From IMG/VR virus record IMGVR_UViG_3300028734_000021, positions 4,094-68,093 of that record: DNA of 64,000 bases; one strand, written 5' to 3'. The position numbers and the translations under genes were made by a program. This DNA comes from a virus. Under the pieces are notes generated by a model that had not been told where the DNA came from, ran no database searches, and was given only the letters and a program-made list of their open reading frames with translations. Of this stretch, positions 55,864 through 64,000 are shown one piece after another; position 1 is the stretch's first letter; every line of letters begins with the position of its first letter.

Positions 55864-56145
55864 TTATTCCTCTATTAATGGTAAAAATTCAACTTCAATT
55901 TCTTTATTTTCTATTGTATATTTTTTCCAATTATTAATTGATTCTTCTATTTTTAAATTTATTTCAACAAATATTTTATTTATTGTTGATATTTCATTTA
56001 CTCTGAAAAAAGCATCTTCTTTAGATACTTTATTATCAATAAATAAATCCATATGATTATCAATATTTTCAATCAATATTTCTTTTTGTTTATAAAAAAT
56101 ATCCATTTGTAAATCATATGCTCTTGAAGCTTTTTCTGATGGCAT
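55864..56145 (-). CDS. Hypothetical protein
   Basis: Start moved to ATG 56145. Confidence 0.6.
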   Translation of the reverse strand: MPSEKASRAYDLQMDIFYKQKEILIENIDNHMDLFIDNKVSKEDAFFRVNEISTINKIFVEINLKIEESINNWKKYTIENKEIEVEFLPLIEE

Positions 56146-56155
56146 AAAGTATAAT

Positions 56156-57292
56156 TTAATTAGAACATTTAATATATATTGTATTAGTTTTCTTTGAAAT
56201 TCCTTCAACACTATCTCCAAGTAATTTACCACTATTGTAAATATCTTTTGTTACATCAACATTTAATTTAATACCATAAGGTATACAAATTGAAACTAAT
56301 TCTTCTATAAAAGAAATATCAATTCCTTGAAGATTTTCAAATTCAATTACAACAAAAGTTTTATTTTTTTGTGATTCTGTATTAAGTGAATCTTTATTTA
56401 TTCCAAAATAATTACAATTTTGTTCTAAACTATCAGATAATATTATATATTGTTGAAGAATACAATCATTTTTAATAAAATTTTCAACCCAACCAATTGC
56501 ACCATCTTTTGTATTAAATTCCATTACATAAAAATTATTTTTCTTTGTAACAAAATTTAAATTTTCAAATAATTTATTTATTTTTTCAAGATATTTGTAA
56601 TCAAATTTATTAATATTACCTAATACTAATTTATTATTGATTACATTTATTTTATCTAAAAAGAAATCAGCAATTATTGTTCTTTCGTTGTCTGTTATTG
56701 TTGTAATATCATGTAAATTATTTTCTATTTGAATAGATGCAATAACTTTATTTGCAATAACTGTTTGAACTGGTAAATAACTTAACGTATTTGATTCAAA
56801 ATCTGTTAAAGTATGTTTACATGTTGCAGAACGAAATGTTTTTTCCCAAGTTTTAAAATCCCAAATATCTTTATCATTATAAGCATTACCAAATTGTTTA
56901 CATGTTATATCAATAACAAATTGATAATTATCCATTTTATCATAAACAAGAATACTTGTATGCCATTTATTCTGATGTCCTGAATAAGTATTTCCATAAT
57001 ATTGTTCTTTAATATCAATACTTATTAGTTTAGCTAAAGCTCCTCTATCTTGTAATAATATTTGAAAAATTGGGTCAAGTAATAATGCTTGACTTGCTGA
57101 AACACACCAACCAGTAGTTGCTAATCCATCACCAATTCCTTTTGGTTTATTTTCAATTAAAAGTTCTCCATTTGGATTTTGATTTTTATGATAACCTAAA
57201 GCAGTTCCATTTTGAACATCAAAACGTTTTTTAAAAGCTGAAATTACTTTTTTATAAGGTATAACTGTTAAAGTTGGATTTTTTGTTTCCAT
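56156..57292 (-). CDS. Protein with putative transglutaminase/papain-like Cys-His-Asp domain
   Basis: GWCVSASQAL..WHTSILV..VIDITCKQF. Confidence 0.5.
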   Translation of the reverse strand: METKNPTLTVIPYKKVISAFKKRFDVQNGTALGYHKNQNPNGELLIENKPKGIGDGLATTGWCVSASQALLLDPIFQILLQDRGALAKLISIDIKEQYYGNTYSGHQNKWHTSILVYDKMDNYQFVIDITCKQFGNAYNDKDIWDFKTWEKTFRSATCKHTLTDFESNTLSYLPVQTVIANKVIASIQIENNLHDITTITDNERTIIADFFLDKINVINNKLVLGNINKFDYKYLEKINKLFENLNFVTKKNNFYVMEFNTKDGAIGWVENFIKNDCILQQYIILSDSLEQNCNYFGINKDSLNTESQKNKTFVVIEFENLQGIDISFIEELVSICIPYGIKLNVDVTKDIYNSGKLLGDSVEGISKKTNTIYIKCSN

Positions 57293-57310
57293 AATTTTAT
57301 ATTATTTTAT

Positions 57311-58501
57311 TTATATCAATTCAATTGTTTGTGATAACATATTTAATGTTTTAGATATTTTCTTATAATCTATTGAATATCCTAAAACTATTTTTTTTCC
57401 ACTATGTTCTTCTAAATCGAAATCTTTTCCATTTTTGTTAGCTAAGTATAATTCAAGATAAACAACAGAAAATGGATTTAATTCAAATAGAATATTATTA
57501 GTAGTTATTTTTATTATATTTCCACCTATTGATTTATTTATCTTATCATTATAATAAGGAAATTTATGTTTTTTAAAACCAATAAAAGTATTTGTTTTAT
57601 TTGAACCAATACCAATTGTATTTGTTGATTTAATTTCTTCTTCACCATTTCCTCCAAAACCTATTGCATATGAATTATAGGTTTCTTTATGAACTTGACT
57701 AAAATTTGTGTTTATAGTATAATATTTTATTGGTATTTTATAATCAATAGCATCTGGATTATTTATATCATTTACACTTCTATTTGTTGATTTAAATATT
57801 ATTGGTTGTTCATCAATTTTTTTACCTGTTCCCCAGTCTAATGAATATTTATCTAATTCTTGTTTTCTTAATGTTTCAATGTCACCAACATGAATATATG
57901 AATGACAATCTATTGAATAAATATTTGATGTGTATGTTTTTATTAAAAAATCAAAATAATCGATATATCTTGTTCCTGTCATTAATGAATAATCTAATTC
58001 TTTACTTAAATCAGAATTATTATATGTAAATAAACCCATTTTTGTTTTACCACATATATTTTCCATAATATCAACAATACTCATATTTTTAAATGAATAT
58101 TGTTGCCCATTATATAAATTCTGATTATAATATTGTCCTGTCAATATTATGATTGATTCACCAACAGATGAATATGTTGTATCTAATATGCCATTAAATC
58201 TAATATACCAATTTTGATAACCAATAAAAATTATGCATTTATCAATATCGTTTTTTAATGCTTCTCTAATTTTATATGTTGTATCATCAACAGTTATTGT
58301 GAATGAAGGCAACGAATTTAGGGTGATTTGAAGAGAAAATTCCCTCAAATCACCCGTATTAAGAACATAATCACCAATTTTTATAATTGGTATATTTCTT
58401 CCCCAATCATCCATTATTGTTTTGGCTGAATCAGAAGAATTGCTATCCATTTGGATTTCAATTTGTTCTACTTTAATATTTGGTTCAATTATTAATCCCA
58501 T
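57311..58501 (-). CDS. Putative baseplate hub / tail protein (gp27-like)
   Basis: Beta-rich; SFKNMSIVDIMENIC; HSGKKIVLGYSI; adjacent to gp53-like gene. Confidence 0.5.
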   Translation of the reverse strand: MGLIIEPNIKVEQIEIQMDSNSSDSAKTIMDDWGRNIPIIKIGDYVLNTGDLREFSLQITLNSLPSFTITVDDTTYKIREALKNDIDKCIIFIGYQNWYIRFNGILDTTYSSVGESIIILTGQYYNQNLYNGQQYSFKNMSIVDIMENICGKTKMGLFTYNNSDLSKELDYSLMTGTRYIDYFDFLIKTYTSNIYSIDCHSYIHVGDIETLRKQELDKYSLDWGTGKKIDEQPIIFKSTNRSVNDINNPDAIDYKIPIKYYTINTNFSQVHKETYNSYAIGFGGNGEEEIKSTNTIGIGSNKTNTFIGFKKHKFPYYNDKINKSIGGNIIKITTNNILFELNPFSVVYLELYLANKNGKDFDLEEHSGKKIVLGYSIDYKKISKTLNMLSQTIELI

Positions 58502-58953
58502 TAAAATTTTAATAATCCTGAAACTGAATCATAACTTATTTTTTCCAAAGTTATTTTTAATTTAGGAGAAGCTGTTGTTTTTGATGTGTTTATTTTAACA
58601 ATAGACATATTATTTAATTTACTATTTGTGGAATTATTTATTCCTGGTATATCTGAATTATTTTCATCATCATTTATTTGAGAAATAAAAATTTGTTTCA
58701 ATAAACTATCAATATCTGGTAATTCAATTATTGTTCCTAATTTAATTTCAACAGGATCAGTAATTTTATTAAAAGCCATTATTAATGGTAAATATTTCAT
58801 TTCACCATTATAATATTTATTTATTATAATATCAAATCTACCAAATAAAATATTTGTTATTACTATGACATCTATTAACGGAATATCTACTATTGATATT
58901 GAATTTAAAAATTTATCAATTCCATTATTTTCAAATATTGAATCATCTATCAT
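58501..58953 (-). CDS. Putative baseplate wedge protein (gp53/LysM-like)
   Basis: RFDIIINKYYNG..IMAFNKITDP..GTIIELP. Confidence 0.65.
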   Translation of the reverse strand: MIDDSIFENNGIDKFLNSISIVDIPLIDVIVITNILFGRFDIIINKYYNGEMKYLPLIMAFNKITDPVEIKLGTIIELPDIDSLLKQIFISQINDDENNSDIPGINNSTNSKLNNMSIVKINTSKTTASPKLKITLEKISYDSVSGLLKF

Positions 58954-58965
58954 TTCAAAATATTT

Positions 58966-59574
58966 TTAAAAATTAATGTTTAATAAATCAAAATCAGGTA
59001 ATAAAAAATTAATATCAAATTTATTAAATGTGAAACCAACATCAAAAGTTTTTGATTCATTAAATGCTTGATTATAACTAAAACTTAATCCTGGCATTTG
59101 ACTAATAAAACAATCACCTAATGCGAAATTAATCATTGGAATTTCAGCACTATCTTTCATAACTAATGACAAACTAAAATCCTTTATCGTAGTTTTTCTT
59201 GCATAATGTTTATATAAAATTTCGTAACAATACATCCAATTTAAGATAGTATTTCTAAAAGTCACATTAACACTAATACCATCAATAATATCATTTTGAT
59301 TTGCTGTTCCCTGATAATGTCTATTTATTGACGTACCTCCTTTTAAATTACCTGTTGGATTTAAACCTAAATTAGGTAAACCATTAGCAACTATTGTACT
59401 TAAATTAATTCCAGGCATATCAATATTCTGTATTGTTTCATAAAAATATGATTCCAATGATTTGAAAGGATAATTTTTCGTAAACAAAAATTTATCATAT
59501 TTTTCTGTAACTTCTTTTGGAAAAAAAGAACTACCAAAAACAACTTGAAAATTTGATAATACTGGATTAATCAT
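58966..59574 (-). CDS. Tail tube-like protein (gp19/gp54/gp3 fold)
   Basis: IQNIDMPG, NVTFR, CFISQMPGLSFSY..TFDVGFTF. Confidence 0.6.
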   Translation of the reverse strand: MINPVLSNFQVVFGSSFFPKEVTEKYDKFLFTKNYPFKSLESYFYETIQNIDMPGINLSTIVANGLPNLGLNPTGNLKGGTSINRHYQGTANQNDIIDGISVNVTFRNTILNWMYCYEILYKHYARKTTIKDFSLSLVMKDSAEIPMINFALGDCFISQMPGLSFSYNQAFNESKTFDVGFTFNKFDINFLLPDFDLLNINF

Positions 59575-59580
59575 TATTTT

Positions 59581-59955
59581 TTATTCTTTTGAGTTTGAAA
59601 ATAAAGCATCTAAAGATATTTGTTTTCCTTTTCCTCTTGTTATTTGTTTAAAATGTAATTTCATATCATTTGAAATTATCGTAGTATAAAAAGAAAAAAG
59701 ATTATCTGATTTTTCTGGATTAAATTTATTCCATTTTTGCCAAGCTTCAGATACTCCAAAATTAATACAGGCATTTAAATCACATTTATTATTTGAATTA
59801 AATGTTGTTGCAAAATTTTTAGCTATTTTTTGAAATAAAACAACTAATTTTTCTGTAGGAACTCCAAGTCCTATTGACTTATCATATTCAGTCAATAGGA
59901 TTTTTGGATCAAGATAAATATTTTGTTTCTTTTTATCAATATAATTTTCAACCAT
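59581..59955 (-). CDS. Late-transcription sigma factor (T4 gp55-like)
   Basis: YLDPKILL..LFQKIA..WNKFNPEKSDNLFSFYTTII. Confidence 0.65.
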   Translation of the reverse strand: MVENYIDKKKQNIYLDPKILLTEYDKSIGLGVPTEKLVVLFQKIAKNFATTFNSNNKCDLNACINFGVSEAWQKWNKFNPEKSDNLFSFYTTIISNDMKLHFKQITRGKGKQISLDALFSNSKE

Positions 59956-59959
59956 AATA

Positions 59960-61357
59960 TTATCTTATTTTAAATTCATTTTTAAAATGATTTAAATTAA
60001 AAATATTTGTTTTTAAATTATCATCCAATATTTTTTCTTGTTCATTTAATTTATCCATTGCTGGCGAATTTTCTTCAGCAATTCTTTTTAAATTTCTTAC
60101 TTTACCAATATTTTCATTTAAAAGTTTTTGTTCTTCATTTAATGAAATAATTTTTTCATTTCTTTCAGCAATTATATTTTTTTCTGAAATTAATTGTGAT
60201 TCAAATAAGTTAGAAATATTATCAGTAAAAACATTTTCATTTATATGTTGTAACATATTTCCATATGATTCAAACATTTGTGTTTGTTTATTTTCACTTG
60301 AAGAAATTATTCTTGGAGTATTTTCGTAAATTTGTTTTTTATCGAAAATAATATATTTATTTTCATTTAAATTTTTAATTACTTCTAATGTATCTAATAT
60401 AACAAGTTGTTTGAAATTTTCCATTAAAGCAATAAAATTATCAGCAGCATTAAGATAATTTATTTTATTGAAATTTTTAACTTTTAATGGATCCATAACA
60501 TATGCTTGTACAGATTCTAAAAGTAATGTTTTTATTTTTTCTTTTGGAATATTTTTATCATTTATTGTAACATTTCCATCAGCTTTTAATAATAAACTAA
60601 AATCCCAATTTTCATTTAGTTTAAATGTCTTATTTTCTGGTGAATATATACATGAATTTAAAGCATTCATTAATTTAGAATGATTAACAGGAATATTTAT
60701 TGATGATTCATCAACTTTAGAAAAATCTTTTGTAATTCTATCAAATGATAAAACTTCTGATTCAGTTAAAATAACCATTCTATTATTTTCTAAATCTTCT
60801 AAACGAATTCCTATTGGTGAATATTTAACTAAATTTCCTGAAAATAATGCATTTTCATTCAATTTTTTATCAGGAGTTACATCCAAATCATTTTTTATTT
60901 TATTCAATAAATTTGATTTAAGATTATCAAAAATTCCTGATTTTATTCCTTCTTCAATTACTGATGAAGGTTGATTAAATTCATCTTCAATATCTTTTAT
61001 TGTTGCTTGTGGAGAAGGATGATTTAAACGAGTCATTTCAGCAAAATGTTCTTCTTTACATAAATTTATTAAATAATTTAAATCAGCATTACCTGTGATT
61101 GATTTTTTAAGAAATTTTAATAAATCTCCAAGTTTAACATCATCACCAGCTATTTTTTCAGCTCCTGTTATGAAAGGTTTTAATGTCAATAATGGTGTTA
61201 TTGATTCATTCAATTTTGAATAAACTTCCTTTAAAAGTTCACTACCAACTAAAGTATCTGCTTCAGCTTTTTGAATCTTTTCAATTATTTCTTTAACAAC
61301 AGTAGAATAACTATTTTTACCTAATAACATTGATTGTTCATCTTTAGTAAGTGTCAT
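59960..61357 (-). CDS. Hypothetical protein, likely a processed head protein
   Basis: LNES, LNEN x3, LLES, LFES, LNEE, LNEQ motifs. Confidence 0.65.
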   Translation of the reverse strand: MTLTKDEQSMLLGKNSYSTVVKEIIEKIQKAEADTLVGSELLKEVYSKLNESITPLLTLKPFITGAEKIAGDDVKLGDLLKFLKKSITGNADLNYLINLCKEEHFAEMTRLNHPSPQATIKDIEDEFNQPSSVIEEGIKSGIFDNLKSNLLNKIKNDLDVTPDKKLNENALFSGNLVKYSPIGIRLEDLENNRMVILTESEVLSFDRITKDFSKVDESSINIPVNHSKLMNALNSCIYSPENKTFKLNENWDFSLLLKADGNVTINDKNIPKEKIKTLLLESVQAYVMDPLKVKNFNKINYLNAADNFIALMENFKQLVILDTLEVIKNLNENKYIIFDKKQIYENTPRIISSSENKQTQMFESYGNMLQHINENVFTDNISNLFESQLISEKNIIAERNEKIISLNEEQKLLNENIGKVRNLKRIAEENSPAMDKLNEQEKILDDNLKTNIFNLNHFKNEFKIR

Positions 61358-61396
61358 AATATTTTATTTTTTAATTTATTTATTTTCAATTTGATT

Positions 61397-62653
61397 TTAA
61401 AAATTCCATTGTTTAACTCCTAATAAAAAATGTTCAATATCTATATCTAAAATTTCTTCTTTATCATATATATATTTTAGAAGAGGTTTTAATAAATTCG
61501 TATTTAACATTTTATTCCAATCTGGTTCAGGTAATCCTATTACTTTATTAATATTTACATCATCTGGAACACCAATAACTTTATATTTTGAATCTTGAGT
61601 ATAATAATAATTCATTTTTTGTCCTTCAAATGGATGTTTATATTGGTCTTGTAATTTATTTTCTTCAATAAAATTCATCCAAGATATACAAATTTGCATT
61701 TGAATATGGTTCTTATCACTATCATATATATTATTTGAATTTTTTTCAATATTTTTTAATCCACTTACACTTGTTATTGAATAAATAAAATCTTTTTCAT
61801 TTCGAGTTTTAATATATTTGATAAGTTTTATACATTCAATTCTTAACATATGTATATCATAACTATCCAGCAAATATTTGTGTACTAATTTAGATAATAT
61901 TTTTTTAATTCTTGGAGAACTTCCACCTTTTTTAAGTTCAACCCCTTGAAATTTTAATTTAGGACTTTCAAATAATTTACCATCTTCCCATATTTTTGTT
62001 AAAATATATTTTTTCTTCTTTTGAAAAACACATTTTCTTGTTGTTACTTCATGTGTCATTCGCAAATATCCTTTTCTTGCATTACGATAATCACAATCAG
62101 CTTCAATAGTTTCTTTTATTATTTTATTGAAAAAATTATTTGCAACAAAACAACCAAAATCTGCTAATTCTTTATCTGTTTCAGGTAATATCATTTTACC
62201 TTCAGATGTTTCTAAAAAAGAATAAATTTTTTCTAAATCAATATATCTTGAATCTGTATCACCATATACACATAAATCATTAATTGTATCTGGTTTATAC
62301 TCTGTGAATTGTCTAAGTCTAATAACTTGTGGATAAAATTCTTGAATCTTTTTTAATTCAGTTAATCCCCAAGTAACGAAAAAATTATTAATTGATCTAT
62401 CAACAATTATTGCAAAATGTTTACCTGTCATACAAATATCTTCAGCAATATCTGTATCATGTAATGAGAAATAAATAGATGCTGATACACCATAGAGTGA
62501 ATTAGCATCAGCTTTAACAACTAATTGTAAATTTTTATATTGTTTTTGAATACTTTCTGCTTCATTTATAAGTTCTTTTAATTCATCAATTGAATATTGT
62601 GATAAATCATTTGTTTTTTCAACAATATTATTAAAATTATCTGAAAAATTCAT
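61397..62653 (-). CDS. Family B DNA polymerase, C-terminal subunit (split gene)
   Basis: KADANSLYG (motif B), YGDTDS (motif C), KKKY, GVELKK; no exonuclease domain or motif A. Confidence 0.85.
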   Translation of the reverse strand: MNFSDNFNNIVEKTNDLSQYSIDELKELINEAESIQKQYKNLQLVVKADANSLYGVSASIYFSLHDTDIAEDICMTGKHFAIIVDRSINNFFVTWGLTELKKIQEFYPQVIRLRQFTEYKPDTINDLCVYGDTDSRYIDLEKIYSFLETSEGKMILPETDKELADFGCFVANNFFNKIIKETIEADCDYRNARKGYLRMTHEVTTRKCVFQKKKKYILTKIWEDGKLFESPKLKFQGVELKKGGSSPRIKKILSKLVHKYLLDSYDIHMLRIECIKLIKYIKTRNEKDFIYSITSVSGLKNIEKNSNNIYDSDKNHIQMQICISWMNFIEENKLQDQYKHPFEGQKMNYYYTQDSKYKVIGVPDDVNINKVIGLPEPDWNKMLNTNLLKPLLKYIYDKEEILDIDIEHFLLGVKQWNF

Positions 62654-62717
62654 ATTATTTTAAATTATTTGGGAAAATCAAATATATTATTATATATTTG
62701 ATTTTCCATTATTGTTA

Positions 62718-63677
62718 TTATTCAATTTCATATTCTGACAAATTTAAAGAATCAAGATTTGCTTCCATATTTGCATCCATAATTGAATTATCAAAATGCA
62801 TTGAATTTTCATTTATTTTACCCAATAGACACCAAATAATACAAGTTGCATAATTTGCACCTAAAATAACTTTTTCTTCAATTTCATTTGTATATATACT
62901 AAAACTATGGTTTCCTGTAATAATAAAATCAGATTTTAATATATTGAATTTAAAATTTTTATTGTCAATATTATTTTCTTTTGAAAGTAAAAAATCAATT
63001 GTAAATACTTTATCATTAACAGTTATTTTATTATTATCTGAATCAACTGTGAAAGTTAAAAAAGCAGTATTGTCTGAACTTGATTTATGTAGTTTTTTAA
63101 TTAATCTTTTAATTTCCTGTATTTGAATATCTGTTAAAATAAATTCAAACATATCTTTTGTTGGTGTACATTCATTAATAATATCTACATAATCATTAAT
63201 TTTATTAGAAATTAATTCTTCTGTTGTTAATGTGAAATTAGTTATTAATGGTGAATTATTTTCGGATTTACCAGATATTGTTATATTTGCTGCTTGATAT
63301 TTATTTGTATCTTTATCATAATGTAATACAAATTCTAAATCAACAGTATCTGTATTATGAACAGATAAATATTTTCTGAATAAATCTCCTTTTAAAATAT
63401 AAAAATTAAATGTTGGAAAATCCAATACTTCTTTTTTCGTTGATATAACATCTAATTCAATAGAATCTTTTTCATCATTTATTATCAAATTCATTAATGG
63501 AATTGTCCATAATTTCATAAAACTTTTTGTATTTGAAAAACAACAAGATTTAATCATTTCAGAACTAAATTCAAGCATAAGTTGATTATCAACTATTAAT
63601 GATTGTTCTAATAGTTTACGAAAAATATTTAAATTAAAATTAGATATTTTTATTGTTTTTATTATTTGATCTTCCAT
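62718..63677 (-). CDS. Putative sliding clamp (gp45/PCNA-like)
   Basis: Two alpha/beta repeats; next to the polymerase gene; acidic tail. Confidence 0.45.
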   Translation of the reverse strand: MEDQIIKTIKISNFNLNIFRKLLEQSLIVDNQLMLEFSSEMIKSCCFSNTKSFMKLWTIPLMNLIINDEKDSIELDVISTKKEVLDFPTFNFYILKGDLFRKYLSVHNTDTVDLEFVLHYDKDTNKYQAANITISGKSENNSPLITNFTLTTEELISNKINDYVDIINECTPTKDMFEFILTDIQIQEIKRLIKKLHKSSSDNTAFLTFTVDSDNNKITVNDKVFTIDFLLSKENNIDNKNFKFNILKSDFIITGNHSFSIYTNEIEEKVILGANYATCIIWCLLGKINENSMHFDNSIMDANMEANLDSLNLSEYEIE

Positions 63678-63708
63678 TATTATTATTATTGATTATTGTT
63701 ATTGATTA

Positions 63709-63999
63709 TTATTTTTTCAATAAAAGTTCGATATTTTTAATCACATCGGCATCATTTTTTGATGATATACCATAACTTATGAATTCATTGTAAAATAATT
63801 CTAAATTTTTCTTATCAATATTTTCTTTCAAATAACGACCACAACTTAAATGTGAATAATTATGTTCTAATTTTAATAACTTAATTATTTCATTAATAAC
63901 ATCAACTTCTTCAGTAGTCTCTTCTTTTGCTTTTGCTTCAAGTTCAGCTTTTGCTTTTGCTTCAAGTTCAGCTTTTGCTTTTGCTTCAAGTTCAGCTTT
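63709..63999 (-). CDS. Partial hypothetical protein with KAELEAKA repeats
   Basis: Open frame to the window edge; 24-bp tandem repeat 63925-64000. Confidence 0.65.
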   Translation of the reverse strand, partial: KAELEAKAKAELEAKAKAELEAKAKEETTEEVDVINEIIKLLKLEHNYSHLSCGRYLKENIDKKNLELFYNEFISYGISSKNDADVIKNIELLLKK

Positions 64000-64000
64000 T

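Noticed and set aside
1672-63126. Other short ORF-track entries nested in or antisense to longer genes (e.g. 1672, 8696, 12364, 14473, 16912, 19793, 22975, 24998, 26085, 28327, 33732, 33914, 40371, 49110, 57802, 62944)
   Set aside because: They overlap better-supported genes and have shadow-frame composition
1-64000. Stop-codon reassignment (TAG or TGA recoded)
   Set aside because: Core genes (ligase, helicase, MCP, portal) are uninterrupted in the standard code and coding density is high

Overview
Very AT-rich fragment of a large T4-like (myovirus, jumbo-type) phage genome read in the standard code. The host is probably a Bacteroidetes member, inferred from SD-less starts, a Bacteroidetes-type tmRNA 5' end and Bacteroidetes-style signal peptides. 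Bases 1-31.7 kb (+ strand) hold nucleotide and DNA metabolism genes (class II RNR C-terminus, dCMP deaminase-DHH fusion, NAD+ ligase, DinG-like helicase, DenV glycosylase), many small hypotheticals and a 2.3-kb RNA island. The island has a tmRNA with a 47-codon tag, tRNA-Glu/Asn/Gln, a tRNA-like RNA with an elongated anticodon arm and several unnamed structured RNAs. Bases 31.8-36.4 kb carry ten 93-95-bp elements (13-bp inverted arms with an off-centre 16-bp core) arranged in mirror symmetry around a 31-bp alternating purine-pyrimidine tract. They are interleaved with promoter-gene-terminator cassettes; this is the best candidate for an undescribed system. Bases 36.5-64 kb (- strand) encode a 705-aa sigma-like protein, the head module (MCP, scaffold, protease, portal, gp2, gp4), baseplate/tube genes, a gp55-like sigma, the C-terminal half of a split family B DNA polymerase and a probable sliding clamp. 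Eighteen copies of a fixed-spacing promoter motif, approximately CCYATA-N15-GGATATATA, precede non-structural operons. All calls are by-eye motif recognition; no searches were run.
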